51,112 nt of DNA from Nemertoderma westbladi (taxonomy: Eukaryota > Animalia > Xenacoelomorpha): the NCBI GenBank assembly GCA_032718475.1, contig JAUCBJ010002254.1:1-51112 (forward strand). The letters are read 5' to 3'. This document shows positions 23,972 to 35,048 of the stretch, piece after piece. Position numbers and translations under genes: made by a program. How positions within the stretch are numbered: the stretch's first letter is position 1; every line of letters begins with the position of its first letter. A model generated the notes under the pieces. The model saw only the letters and a list, made by a program, of their open reading frames with translations. It had not been told where the DNA came from and searched no databases.

Positions 23972-26900
23972 ATGGCTGACACAAGGCAAACTCTGTCAGA
24001 TAGTCTCCTAGAAACAACAGTCTGTTTCTCAGATAGGAGTATAGAGAATCCCAGACCGAGGTCTGAGACCCCTCCTACTGTAAGAAAGGCAACCCCTACA
24101 GTAGCTGTGTCAGAACCTAGGTTAGTAGAAGCAATTTCGCAATTTGCGAAGTTAGTGAAGCGCCATAGGTCTATCATAGGCACTCGAGCTCAGGTCAAGC
24201 GGGACCAAGAAGCGGCAGAACAGCAACAACCCGCGAGCCAAGAACTTATTTCTCAACGGCCCGACAGCTCCAGTAGTGAGGATACTGTAGAGCTGACACC
24301 CGAGCGCGGAGCAAAGATGACGGATGTGGTTTATTCGGATCCCCTTCTCATCCTTCTTGCAGCCGTACTCACTAGGTTATTGATTGCGGTGGAAGAACAC
24401 CAGATCGATTGGGCGAGAAGTAAGCGATCGACTAAAGATAGTTATGCGGGATACACAAGGGAAGAACTGAAGTCTATTGTCGAGTCGCAATGGAACTTCC
24501 CCGGACCCGGACTCCCGTTTGATTTATCAGAAGCTGCCTGGGAAGATATACACAGGATGGGAGTAACCAAGGAAACCATCGATCCAGCTGTGTGGAAGAG
24601 GTCCGCAGCCGGATACGTACAGGGATTCGTCAGCTCTATGGAGCGATTAGAAAAACAACTGTTTCAACAACCCCAAGGACCTCAAGAGCAGGGACAGCTG
24701 CTTTATCAAGTTAAAGAAAGAATTCTACGAATCAGGCTAATCTTATCGGCCTTTGAGGAGGCTTCTAAAAGAAGACAAGACACGTCGTTGCAAGTTGCCG
24801 TAAAGACTTGGTTTCAACGGGTGAGCCTCCAGGTGCAAGGAACGACTCAGTGGAAAGCCCAGCTGGATGAGCGCTCAACCCATGGAGAATCAACAGACGC
24901 TACTTTTTCCCAAGTGGAAAGTGAAGCGGCGGCAGAGAAGCCGCATAAGAGGGATGCCATTGACATCTATCTATCGGACTATCAACGTTTTGTAGGAGAT
25001 GAAGAGTTGAGGAGAAGACTAGAGGGGCTTAGCCCTAATAGTGAAGGAGCCCAGCGTGTGTTGGACGCAATCGATGTGGATAGGTTAGCTGCGAACCAAG
25101 CTAAATTCAATGAAAGCATCCGCATCGCTAAGGTTCAAGAAGAACAAGTAAAGAAAAAACGTATAGAAGATAGAAAGACAGCAGCAGCGGCAGTGGCAGC
25201 GGCAGAAGCGGATAGAAAAGCGGCAGAAGCAAAAGCGGCAGCTGCAGCAGCCGAAGCGGAAAGAAAAATAGCAGTGGCAGAAGCAGAACGGAGGGCATCT
25301 GAAGAGACAACCCAACTAGAGTTGGAAAATCTTCAAGAGAGGCAAGACAACTTTAATAAACAGTTAACAGCTAGTAATATGCAGATAATGAATCGATCTA
25401 CTCCCAAAAGACAAGGTTATACATCATCTGAGGAAGGCGATACCACCGATCCTGAAGGCGGAGGAAATCGATCTCGCCTAAGCAGACGTAAAAGAATGTC
25501 CCACCGTCAGAAATTGCCTGATTTGCCCCCAGCTGTTAGAAGGCAACTAAATAACACAAACTTAGGTAGTACAGAACCCACAGACCAAATAATTAAAATA
25601 GAAAGACTCCCTACTATAGTAGATGAGCCTGAAATAATTAGGCCTGTTCTTGAAATCACCCCTTCGATGATAGAGACACCTGTACTCCCAGAACCTACCT
25701 TTAAATTCCCTTTACACAGCACCAAATTATCTGTGCCTAGAGGAACAGCCCCTGAAACAGTGTCGGTCCTGGACTCCGAGCGAAATATAAAGGATATATC
25801 GCCCGTAGTCCCTCGTCTGCCCGCTACGACGTTGGCGGATCCCGCTTCGGCGGTTGATTGGGTAGACGAGAGACGGCGGGGGATGGACATTCTCCTCGGA
25901 GAGATGAAGGAGAATCGAGTGCGCTCCTCCCAACAGGTCCGAGAGTTAGAAGGGACTGTTCAACAGTTAAAGGGAATCGTAAAGGAAAGTAGGTTAGAGT
26001 TGCAAGAAGTGCAGCAAAGTATCGCGCTAGAACGCGATAAATTAGTAAATTTACAAAAGGGTATATCACCATCCTCTGTAACAATATGTCAACCCGTTAG
26101 GTCTGAAGTATCTCATGCGCAAGGTGTGGAGCCTACACGCATCTATACTGCTAGCGAAGTAGAAACTCCTATAGTAAACCCTATTAAGGGTAATTATCAA
26201 CCTGTTGACAATGATATCCCATATAGACTTGATAATAATCCGAGAAATTTATATACCGATAACTCGATATTAAATAACACGATGGCCCAAGAAAGTTTTA
26301 CGCGTCAAATGGCTAGAACCGAAGCCCGTCAAGCGGTAAAGGTGGGAGAAATCGTCAAGTTCAATGGAGATGAGATGAAATGGTTACCTTTTAATGAATA
26401 TTACAAAGATAACATACAGAACTCTGTACTATCTAATGGAGAGAAACTTAGATTCCTCATCGAGTGCTTGGAAGGATCTCCCAAGTTAATGGCGTTAAAG
26501 TTTATTGGACATCCAGACGGATTAAGACAAGTTTGGGATACACTAAACATCAGGTATGGTAATAGGAATAACATAGCTGGGTATTTGTAGGCAAAGTTGG
26601 TAGCGCCCCGAAAGTTTATTAGCAGCGGGATTATAGAGTTTTCCGATGAGATTCAGGAGATCTGCAGACAATTAGATTGGCTAGGTAAGTCTCATGAGTA
26701 TCAGAGTGCTATGGTTATTAGAGCAGTGGCTTCTACTTTACCGAAGGGTGGAGTAGGTACACGCTGGGACAAGAAAGTGTTATATATGATGGAACAACAA
26801 CAACGAGACCCTACCATGGCTGATCTCATGTCATTCTTGGATGGCGAAGTGAAATTACAGCTCATAAAGCAGTCCAGAGAGAAGACACCGGAAAACAAGG

Positions 26901-27721
26901 TAAGTGAGAAACCCGTCTCTAGGAGAAAGGTAACACCAGTGTGTTATACAGACGACGGCGAAAGCCAGACTTCTCAAGGAGAGGATAGCGGGAAAGACAC
27001 TGAAAGATCTTATTATGTCAATAAAACGCCTAAAGAACAGGTAAGTAAATTCAAGTCTCGAACCAATGACAGGAGAGAACAGGTAAGAAAAACTCCTCCT
27101 ACGTCTCCCAAGAGAATCCAGGTGAGAAAGCCCGAAGAAAGAACGAGTGTGCACACTGTTATTCAAAATAAGGTAAGTAACATCAAACCGAAATGTGCGC
27201 TATGTGACGGGCCCCACCGTTTGAATATGTGTGATAAATTCCTAAAGAAATCATTAAAGGATAGACGTGAAGTCATGTGGGATAAGCGGTTGTGTTATAA
27301 TTGCCTCAGACGAGGACACCAACGGCGAACCTGTTACTCCGACGCAAGGTGTGCAAAGTGCGGTGCGAAACATCATATCTTGTTGCACACTGAATTTGAG
27401 CGAAACAACCAGAGTCAGGTAAGTGATTCCGAACTACATGTCCAATTCAGTGATGTGAACGACACTGACCAATATTCTGAGATGGAAGGATTCTATACGG
27501 ACGAATTCTCCGACGAAAACGAATCCTGTTACCTGACAAATACCGCAGTGTATCGAGCACTTACGTATGAAAAGGACACCGACAGCGAGCTCCCCCTAAC
27601 TACTTCGGACAGACAACCATCTTGGAAAGCACCAACTTCCAATGTAGGAATCCGAGAATTTCCTGTAGTACAGTTAAGGGTCCACGGACCTACGGAGTTA
27701 TATAGTGAACGCCCTCCTTGA
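23972..27721 (+). CDS. gag: Bel/Pao-type Gag with a very long N-terminal extension; interrupted by one in-frame TAG (26588-26590)
   Basis: The 872-aa and 374-aa ORFs are in the same frame. A DUF1759-like capsid region (KFNGD..KW..F, EKLRFL..CLEG, L..RYG) spans the stop. Three knuckles, [27 protein letters not shown] and [13 protein letters not shown], match the Bel/Pao pattern. Confidence 0.88.
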
Positions 27722-28622
27722 CTCCGGTAGCACAGGAACATTCATCGACAAAGAACTAGCCGAAGACATCTTTGCTGGACAACCCAAGTTCCGAACTAAG
27801 CTAAACATGTCAGAAATTATGCAGGTTTGGAAATCTACCGTAATAGCGGATTATTATGTAGGCGCGTTGTCCACCCCCCAGGATGAACTAGGAGAACACA
27901 GCATAAGGTCAGTAAAAATGGTAGCGATAAAGAACTTCGCGACCAGCCAAGTGGAACCTTATAACTGGGATGAGGACGATTTCACCCAGCAGCTTGAAAT
28001 ACCTAGATTCAACACCGATTACCCTGGAGTCCAAATACTCATCGGTCAAAATGCGCATGAAGCGCTCGAGACATTGGAGAAACGGCCTGCTCAACCGCAA
28101 CCACTACAAGTCTATGCGGGAAGAACTAGAGTAGGTTGGTACTTTACTGGCCCTTCTCGTAGAACTCTTATGGAAAGATTACCAAAAGAACAGGTATATC
28201 AATTAAGTGAACGGGAAGTGGAGAGCAGTGAAGTTGACGACCCAACTGAGGGAACACCATACTCCTCAGATAATGACGACATCAACCCCAATGTAGATCA
28301 ATGGAGATATTGCCCCGAGACGATCAATCTAGCCGACATCGCCTCCAGAGGAGCAACTCCTCAAGAACTGACAGATACTCCAGACTGGTTAGGTGAACCC
28401 GACTTCCTAAGTAAAGAAGATGAATGGCCTCCCCATCTTAACCCGGCGAAGATTAGACAGGCCAAGGGAGCGGAGAAAGTAACACAACCACTCAATCGCC
28501 CAGCTGGTCGTTTATGTTTACTGGAAAGAGACCGAAAACTGTCCGGAAACTATGGAAGGCAAGATACTCTTCCCACGACCACTTCCCTAATCCAACAAAT
28601 ATCTAGGGACTCCATAACGTAA
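27705..28622 (+). CDS. Aspartic protease fused in frame to short pol remnants (no RT, RNase H core or integrase core)
   Basis: [18 protein letters not shown] and RTRVGW (protease and linker), then QWRY.P...NLADIASRG...WL...DFL...EWP, then [11 protein letters not shown]. It is in the +1 frame relative to gag near 27695. Confidence 0.85.
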   Translation: MNALLDSGSTGTFIDKELAEDIFAGQPKFRTKLNMSEIMQVWKSTVIADYYVGALSTPQDELGEHSIRSVKMVAIKNFATSQVEPYNWDEDDFTQQLEIPRFNTDYPGVQILIGQNAHEALETLEKRPAQPQPLQVYAGRTRVGWYFTGPSRRTLMERLPKEQVYQLSEREVESSEVDDPTEGTPYSSDNDDINPNVDQWRYCPETINLADIASRGATPQELTDTPDWLGEPDFLSKEDEWPPHLNPAKIRQAKGAEKVTQPLNRPAGRLCLLERDRKLSGNYGRQDTLPTTTSLIQQISRDSIT

Positions 28623-28630
28623 CAACATAC

Positions 28631-28930
28631 GGAGTGGGTGTGTGACTATATTATTTTATATTTATTTTATTATTTTATATTATGTATGTATTATTATGTA
28701 ATTTTATTATAATCGTTTTCTTTAATTTTATTTAGTAGAATGTTATTTTAGCGATTATTTAGTAGATTAGTGCAATATATATTCGCGTTTATTACTTAAT
28801 TACTTATATATTATATTTAGTGCGACGGCGAGAAATAATTCTTTTTCTCTTTCCTTACTGTCCGTATCATATTATAAATACGTGACTACAGTAAGATAAA
28901 ATATCCGTACTTATTAAAGTACAATAAAGC
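28631..28930 (+). promoter_or_regulatory. Possible relic of PPT and 3' LTR start
   Basis: G-rich GGAGTGGGTG is followed by TGT (28641) just after the stop codon. TATAAATA at 28873 and AATAAA at 28923. No 5' counterpart was seen. Confidence 0.35.
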
Positions 28931-29173
28931 TCCTACTATATTCAAGTATTATTGGTAAAGTAGAGTATTAGGAATGCAAAGTTCAGATCCTCGTGTCTCG
29001 GCTAAACCAAGCTCTGGGTAGACCTTGGAAACGACTTGCCTCTTCTCACTGACATTGCTTCGTGCGATATTGCTCTCATACCGTATATTAAATAATACAT
29101 ATAGTAGCGTGATGTCCCTTTAACAGTAGCGTAAAACGCAAAATAAATCTGTTAAACCCTTTGACCATCTGTA

Positions 29174-29435
29174 ATTCTAGTCGATTAAGATATCGTGGCA
29201 CCCACCGATATACTTGAAAGACAAATTCTAGAATCAGTGGTTAACGTCCCCAGACAAGTTCTGGAATAAACTGGTGCCCATCCTAAATATTAATTATTAA
29301 TATTTACAAAATCTGTCAAATTTTAGATCCTTTAACATTCTAGTCGATTAAGATATCGTAGCACTTACCGATACTCTTAAAAGGACAAATCCCTAGAATC
29401 AAGGATCCCAGTCCCCAGACTTGTTCTGGAATAAA
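29174..29435 (+). repeat. Two copies of a roughly 97-bp hairpin-forming module in the 3' UTR of the gag element
   Basis: 29174-29270 and 29337-29435 share ATTCTAGTCGATTAAGATATCGT...CCGATA...CTAGAATC...GTCCCCAGAC..GTTCTGGAATAAA. Confidence 0.85.
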
Positions 29436-30439
29436 ATTGTGTCTATTTAATATTAAATAATAAAATTACGGGAATAAATTTAAATTCATCTTTTAATGAA
29501 TTTGATAAATTGTTATTTTATACAATTTATAATATTCCCCAAATTCCATTAATTAATAGATCATGGGAGCGGAAATTCACCTCTTAAGTGTATTAGTGTG
29601 CGAGAATCTCCGACATATAGTCAATACCCAATAAAATTAATAAAATCATGTATAGAGAGGATATTGACAATTAAAGAATTACTATTAAATAGCATCCCAG
29701 ATCTGTATGCATGAGAATTACCCTAATTCTACCGCTAGCTTTCCATAATGTCACCATAGTAACAGCCACGCTAGAATTAGAAGTGAGTTTAAAGAACAAT
29801 AAAAAGCTTGCCCATTGAATAGCATACGGAATAAATAGCACACCGCTAGTATCCAAGGATACATAATAACAACGTGACATTCTGGAAGGCACTTGACTAA
29901 CGGACAAATGACCCGAATGTGTGATAGAATGTGTACCATTTGTGACAGTTACGTGGAATTTATGCGTTTGTAGGTGAATGTTACTACTAAGGTGTGTTTA
30001 CAGTAGCGAGTTGCAATTGTGAAAGTAACCCTAACTCTCCAGTAAGAACCTGAAGTATATCTAAGCCTTTGGGACGGACGGTGGAGTGACTTGTGCTGGT
30101 TGTTGTAGTCGTTGTGCAGCTACGACGTTGGCGATAGGCACATCGACGAAAGTACACCAGCGCTGAGGATCTTGCACTGTCCGGGGGCAGAGAGGGGTAG
30201 GCAGCGACGCCCGCTAGCCTAAATATAAACTCATTATAATATTAATAAACTCATATAGCAGATATGGCTGAGTTGATAGAAGATGATCTTGGTATCAGGG
30301 AGCGATATACTATACCTTTACAGGCGTTTGTTGATAGCTTGATACGCGGCGACGCTGGTCCAACTACTACGGAGGACGATGGTCGTTATATCGAACCGCC
30401 GATGTCCCAGGAGCAACTTAATGCCGATCCTAGTAGTAG

Positions 30440-30508
30440 TAGTTGCGTTCGACCTCTCGCTCTTTTTACAATCTTACAGTACTATCTAACATCTTACAGT
30501 AATTTTTA
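30440..30508 (+). repeat. 69-bp direct repeat, right copy (probable TSD)
   Basis: Identical to 20537-20605. Its first bases (TAGT) are continuous with the (TAG)n tail. Confidence 0.9.
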
Positions 30509-30535
30509 CATTATAAAGAGCCAGAATGAGTCCCG

Positions 30536-30982
30536 AGCACTCACGGGCGCATGGGCCGCTCACGGCACATAAGCTGCTCACGGGCACATGGGCTGCTCGC
30601 GGGCACATGGGCTGCTCACGGGCACATGGGGTGCTCACGTGCACATGGGCTTCTCACGGGCACATGGGCTGCTCACGGGCACAGGGGGTGCTCACGGGCA
30701 CATGGGCTGCTCGCTGGCACATGGGCTGCTCGCGGGCACATGGGCTGCTCACGGGCACATGGGCTGCTCACGGGTACATGGGCTGCTCGCGGGCACATGG
30801 TCTGCTCACCTGGTACATCGGCTGCTCACGGGCACATCCGCTGCTCACGGGCACATGGGCTGCTCGCGGGCACATGGTCTGCTCACCTGGTACATCGGTT
30901 TCTCACGGGCACATGGGCTTCTCACGGGCACATGGGCTTCTCACGGGCACATGGGCTGCTCACGGGCACATGGGCTGCTCAC
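30536..30982. repeat. 19-bp GC-rich minisatellite (CACGGGCACATGGGCTGCT)
   Basis: About 23 tandem copies. These explain the three overlapping spurious ORFs. Confidence 0.97.
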
Positions 30983-31461
30983 ACTAAGCAGCTATTCCAC
31001 TAAACCCTTAGGCAGAGGCAATTACCATGAAAATTTAGTGAATAGTACACCATTATTTTTAAATACAAATTTAAGAAAAAACAGTAGACCTATTATTTAA
31101 ACACATGAGCAATTTTTATTAATTGAATAATTAATAAACTGAAATAAATTTAATCGAGAAAATGTGACTCATGGAGGCAGAGAGTGCTCTCTGGCGTATT
31201 TATTATATAATATTGTGCGCTTTATGTAGCTTGAATCTCTATTTACTTTCAGTAGCTAAACGAAAGAGTTAGTGTACGTTCGGTACGTTGTTCCTTAAGA
31301 AAATCCCAAAGGGATTTAGTGAGGGCGATGAGTCAACTCGTATGAATATAATTAAGCCTCTCTCAAACCACCGGCTTGTCACTTTAGTTCCTCTAATGAA
31401 TAGATTTACGAACCGCATAGCCTTCCTTGGGAGTGGTGATCCGATCTATGATGAGAGGAAA

Positions 31462-31876
31462 GTGCCCGATACAGTATCCAGTACAATGTCCAGTACAATG
31501 CCCGGTACAGTATCCAATACAATGTCCAGTACAATGTCCGGTACAGTGTCCGTTACAATGTCCGGTATAATAGTGTCCGATGCAATGTCCGGTACAGTGT
31601 CCGTTACAATGTCCGGTATAATAGTATCCGATGCAATGTCCGGTACAGTGTCCATTACAATGTCCGGTATAATAGTGTCCGATACAATGTCCGGTAAAGT
31701 GTCCATTACAATGTCCGGTATAATAATGTCCGATACAATGTCCAGTACAGTGTCCGGTGCAGTGACCGTTACAATTTCGAGTACAATGTCCGGTACAGTG
31801 TCCGTTACAATATCCAGTACAGTGTCCGTTACAATGCCCAGTACAATATCCAGTACAGTGTCCGGTACAATGTCCA
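31462..31876. repeat. 12-bp minisatellite (TCCGGTACAGTG-like) with 15-bp variants
   Basis: Tandem degenerate copies, giving repetitive translations on both strands. Confidence 0.93.
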
Positions 31877-34464
31877 TTGGTGCCCTGTTTGATCACTAAT
31901 GGTTTTCGCATTCATTTGGGATTAACTACCACCACAGTTTATATACATTTCAGCTTTCCATGCCTCCAAAAACAATTTTAATATTATTAAACTCAGATAA
32001 TCATTTAAGTAATGCATTAGCAGCGCCATCACCTGGTTTCATGCGAATTTCCAAGATTGTCACAATTCATTACTACCAGTGGAATTGTGTCCAATGGGCT
32101 TGTTGAGCTTTAGTGTTTCGCTTTACTACAACAGGCCAATGCGAAGTGACAACTGTGAACGTCTCCCTTTGGGAAGCAACCTCGTTACATTCCTATAGTA
32201 TATCAATAGTGGGAATGATTTACTCAATGATTCGGATTATTTAGTTGGTTACCGATGGGCAATTAATTGTGATACCAATTTCCTAAGTAATAAACTAATT
32301 ACACAAAGTGGTTGTAAAAGTTTTCTTTAAATGTTTTATTAATTAATTTATTTATTGCTTATTTTATTCACAAATTGTAACAATTAATAAACTCACAACC
32401 GATGTATATAGGTTATAGTGGATAGGTAGTTGTTCTTTCTAAATTTTTTAAATTTGGGGTTATTAAGCCACTCGTTTGAACAATTTGTCATGTTGTAATA
32501 TAATAATAGATAGTGTGCTATAAATTATTCTGTAATTTCTTTTTGAAGGAACTAATGAAAGGTACGAGATAAAACAAAACTAGTAGCATTAATACATCTC
32601 ACAAATATGTAAACAATGATCTACAGTACCTAAAAAAACATTCCTGCATTAATATATTAACTAGAATTATAAGACTTGTTGTTTATGTGTTCATCTAAGA
32701 TATAGATAAGGTTTCATTTTTTTTTCTTTAAAAAATCAGCTGCATAATATTTTATTTTATTTATTATTATTCTTAAATATTGTACACTTCGCCGATACCA
32801 AGAACTATACGATTTATCAATGTGGTATGATTTATCTTATATCTACATACTGTATATAACTTATTTTCCCGAAAAAAGCAATTTAGAGAAATCCTGATTC
32901 TACATACAGTATTATCATTACACATAACAGTTACACACATGCACTATATTACAGGTCATGGTCTATATACAGTAGTTAGTAGTTAGTACAAGTCAGACCA
33001 TACATACAAGCTGGCCTAGATACAGTACATTAAGTACATATATCATTTACTTTCGTGAAATCGTGAAATTATGATATTATCAAATTACAACAGTTACACC
33101 AATAATGTATTTATTTTTTTATTTAAATTATTTTTGGTTTATTTTCTGTATAAGTATATTCGATATCCGCGCCAGTAGTGATCTAATGAAAACTTATATT
33201 TATTGTTGAAGGGTGCAGAGACGTGAAATAACGCATTAAAAGAAAATGAATAATTAAAAAATTAAAACAAAATTTTTTTTTTATTTTTTTTTTGTTTCCT
33301 TCACTACATCTCCCTCCCTACATGTAACAAAATTGACTTGACATGCTTAACAATGTCTCAAATAAAATATTCTAGAAACAATAAATTATTTTCTGGAATT
33401 TTGCAAATTAATAGCAGCAAACAAGCTTATTCATCTCAAACTTATAACAACCAACCATACAATATACCGTCTAGTCTACCTTTTCACTTCCTACTTGTAG
33501 TTTCAGTGTACTATTATTTACAGGCCTCACACTTAGTCTACATCATGCTCTCTCTTTTGGTATTTCCTAACGTTTATTTATGTTTGAATTGTATATTGGT
33601 TACATTTATTTGTATTAAATAATATTGAATATTTGTTTAATTAATTTTATTATTAACATAAATATACAAGATAATAGCAATAGCAAATAACAATAATATA
33701 TGAACATTTTTGACGGCGGCTAGGACGGGTATGGGGGGGGGGGGGGGGGGGGGGCGTGCAAATGTTGTATGAATCAATTCCATTTCTTTTTATTTCGCAT
33801 GCCCTGTGAAAAAATCCTTGACCCGTCCCTGTTTCGAGCACATACAGATCGTCAATATTTAGGCCTACCACCAGGTCCGGTACCGCTAATAGCCATTCTG
33901 TAGGATCTGAGGATGAGACAGGTCTATCCACTATCACCAATTGCAGTATTCAGATAGTGATAGTACTGTACGTACAGTACTAGGTCTACATGTGTTACCG
34001 TGTACAAGTACCGGTACCGATACTGTACAGTAAGATAATATTAGTTAAAAAAAACTTTTTAAACTTATTTTTTGGAAATTACATGTAGTAAAAAAAAGTT
34101 AGAATAATTAACTCAATTTTAAAAATATTAGTGAGAAAAAGAGCCTTTATTACGTATATAAAATATATTATTCTTATTTGCTCTGGTGCTGGTGTTGCTC
34201 AGTGGCCGCCGAACAGTACTCATCGATACACGCAAGCTGTTCTTTCAAAAATTTCCAAACAAGCAGAAATTTCAACATTTCATCCTATGATTCTTCAAAC
34301 GGGCGTTATAATTTCATTTCAGATGGCCTGTATTGTATTTACGATAGCTACAGATAGGGGGGGAAACTGGATAGCTAAGTTCACAAATAGCCTTCATCTT
34401 GCTGCTGTATTGACAATCAATTATGCACTTCCTGCCCGAATTTCCCGCTCGCCTCACCCGTAAC

Positions 34465-34569
34465 GGGTTGGGGTAGCAGGGTGTGCGGTGGTGGGTGAGG
34501 GGTTGGGGTAGCAGGGTGTGCGGTGGTGGGTGAGGGGTTGGGGTAGCAGGGTGCGGTGGGTGAGGGGTT
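34465..34569. repeat. 35-bp G-rich tandem repeat, 3 copies
   Basis: GGGTTGGGGTAGCAGGGTGTGCGGTGGTGGGTGAG at 34465 and 34500, with a shortened third copy. Confidence 0.9.
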
Positions 34570-35048
34570 AATATAACAGGTTTCAGAGTGAAGATCGCTG
34601 TATCGGTAAATATAAATGGTCAGTAGGCATGCCATTGTGTACTGTAGTATGAATATGTAATTAATGAATAACTGATTTCAGGATCAAATCTAAGAAGCGT
34701 ATTATAAGATATGATATTTCAAGATATGTTTCATAATATTATAAAATGTATTATGAAAATAATATATAATATAATTAGGGACTAATATACATATCCCCCA
34801 GCTTTTGCTACGTGGATAAAATATACAATTAATGGATATGGCTACACAACACTATGTAGAGTAGAGAAAATGTAGAACATTGTTAAAAAATACAAAGAGT
34901 TGAATAGCAAAATTAAAAACGTGCACCAATATTTAATTAATTTACGTAAAGTACATAAAGAGCTTTATTTCTCTTCCAATGTAACAATTACTAAGATAAT
35001 TCGAGTCTCTGAAATGTAAGGATGACATCTCAGTTATTACCTCATTAC

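Larger units (their letters stand above)
20606..30439 (+). mobile_element. 9.8-kb LTR-less Bel/Pao-derived gag-protease element ending in an RTE-LINE 3' tail
   Basis: Bounded by 69-bp direct repeats. Gag/protease ORFs at 23972-28622. 30421-30440 (ATGCCGATCCTAGTAGTAGT) is identical to the reverse complement of the RTE copy 1 terminus (8063-8082). No LTR pair was found. Confidence 0.8.

Noticed and set aside
25085-26084. Antisense ORFs within gag
   Set aside because: They are short shadow frames of the low-complexity sense ORF with no independent signal.
30526-31911. Cys/His/Gly-rich ORFs resembling metal-binding or antifreeze proteins
   Set aside because: They are products of the 19-bp and 12-bp minisatellites, open in several frames and strands, with no splice or domain support.
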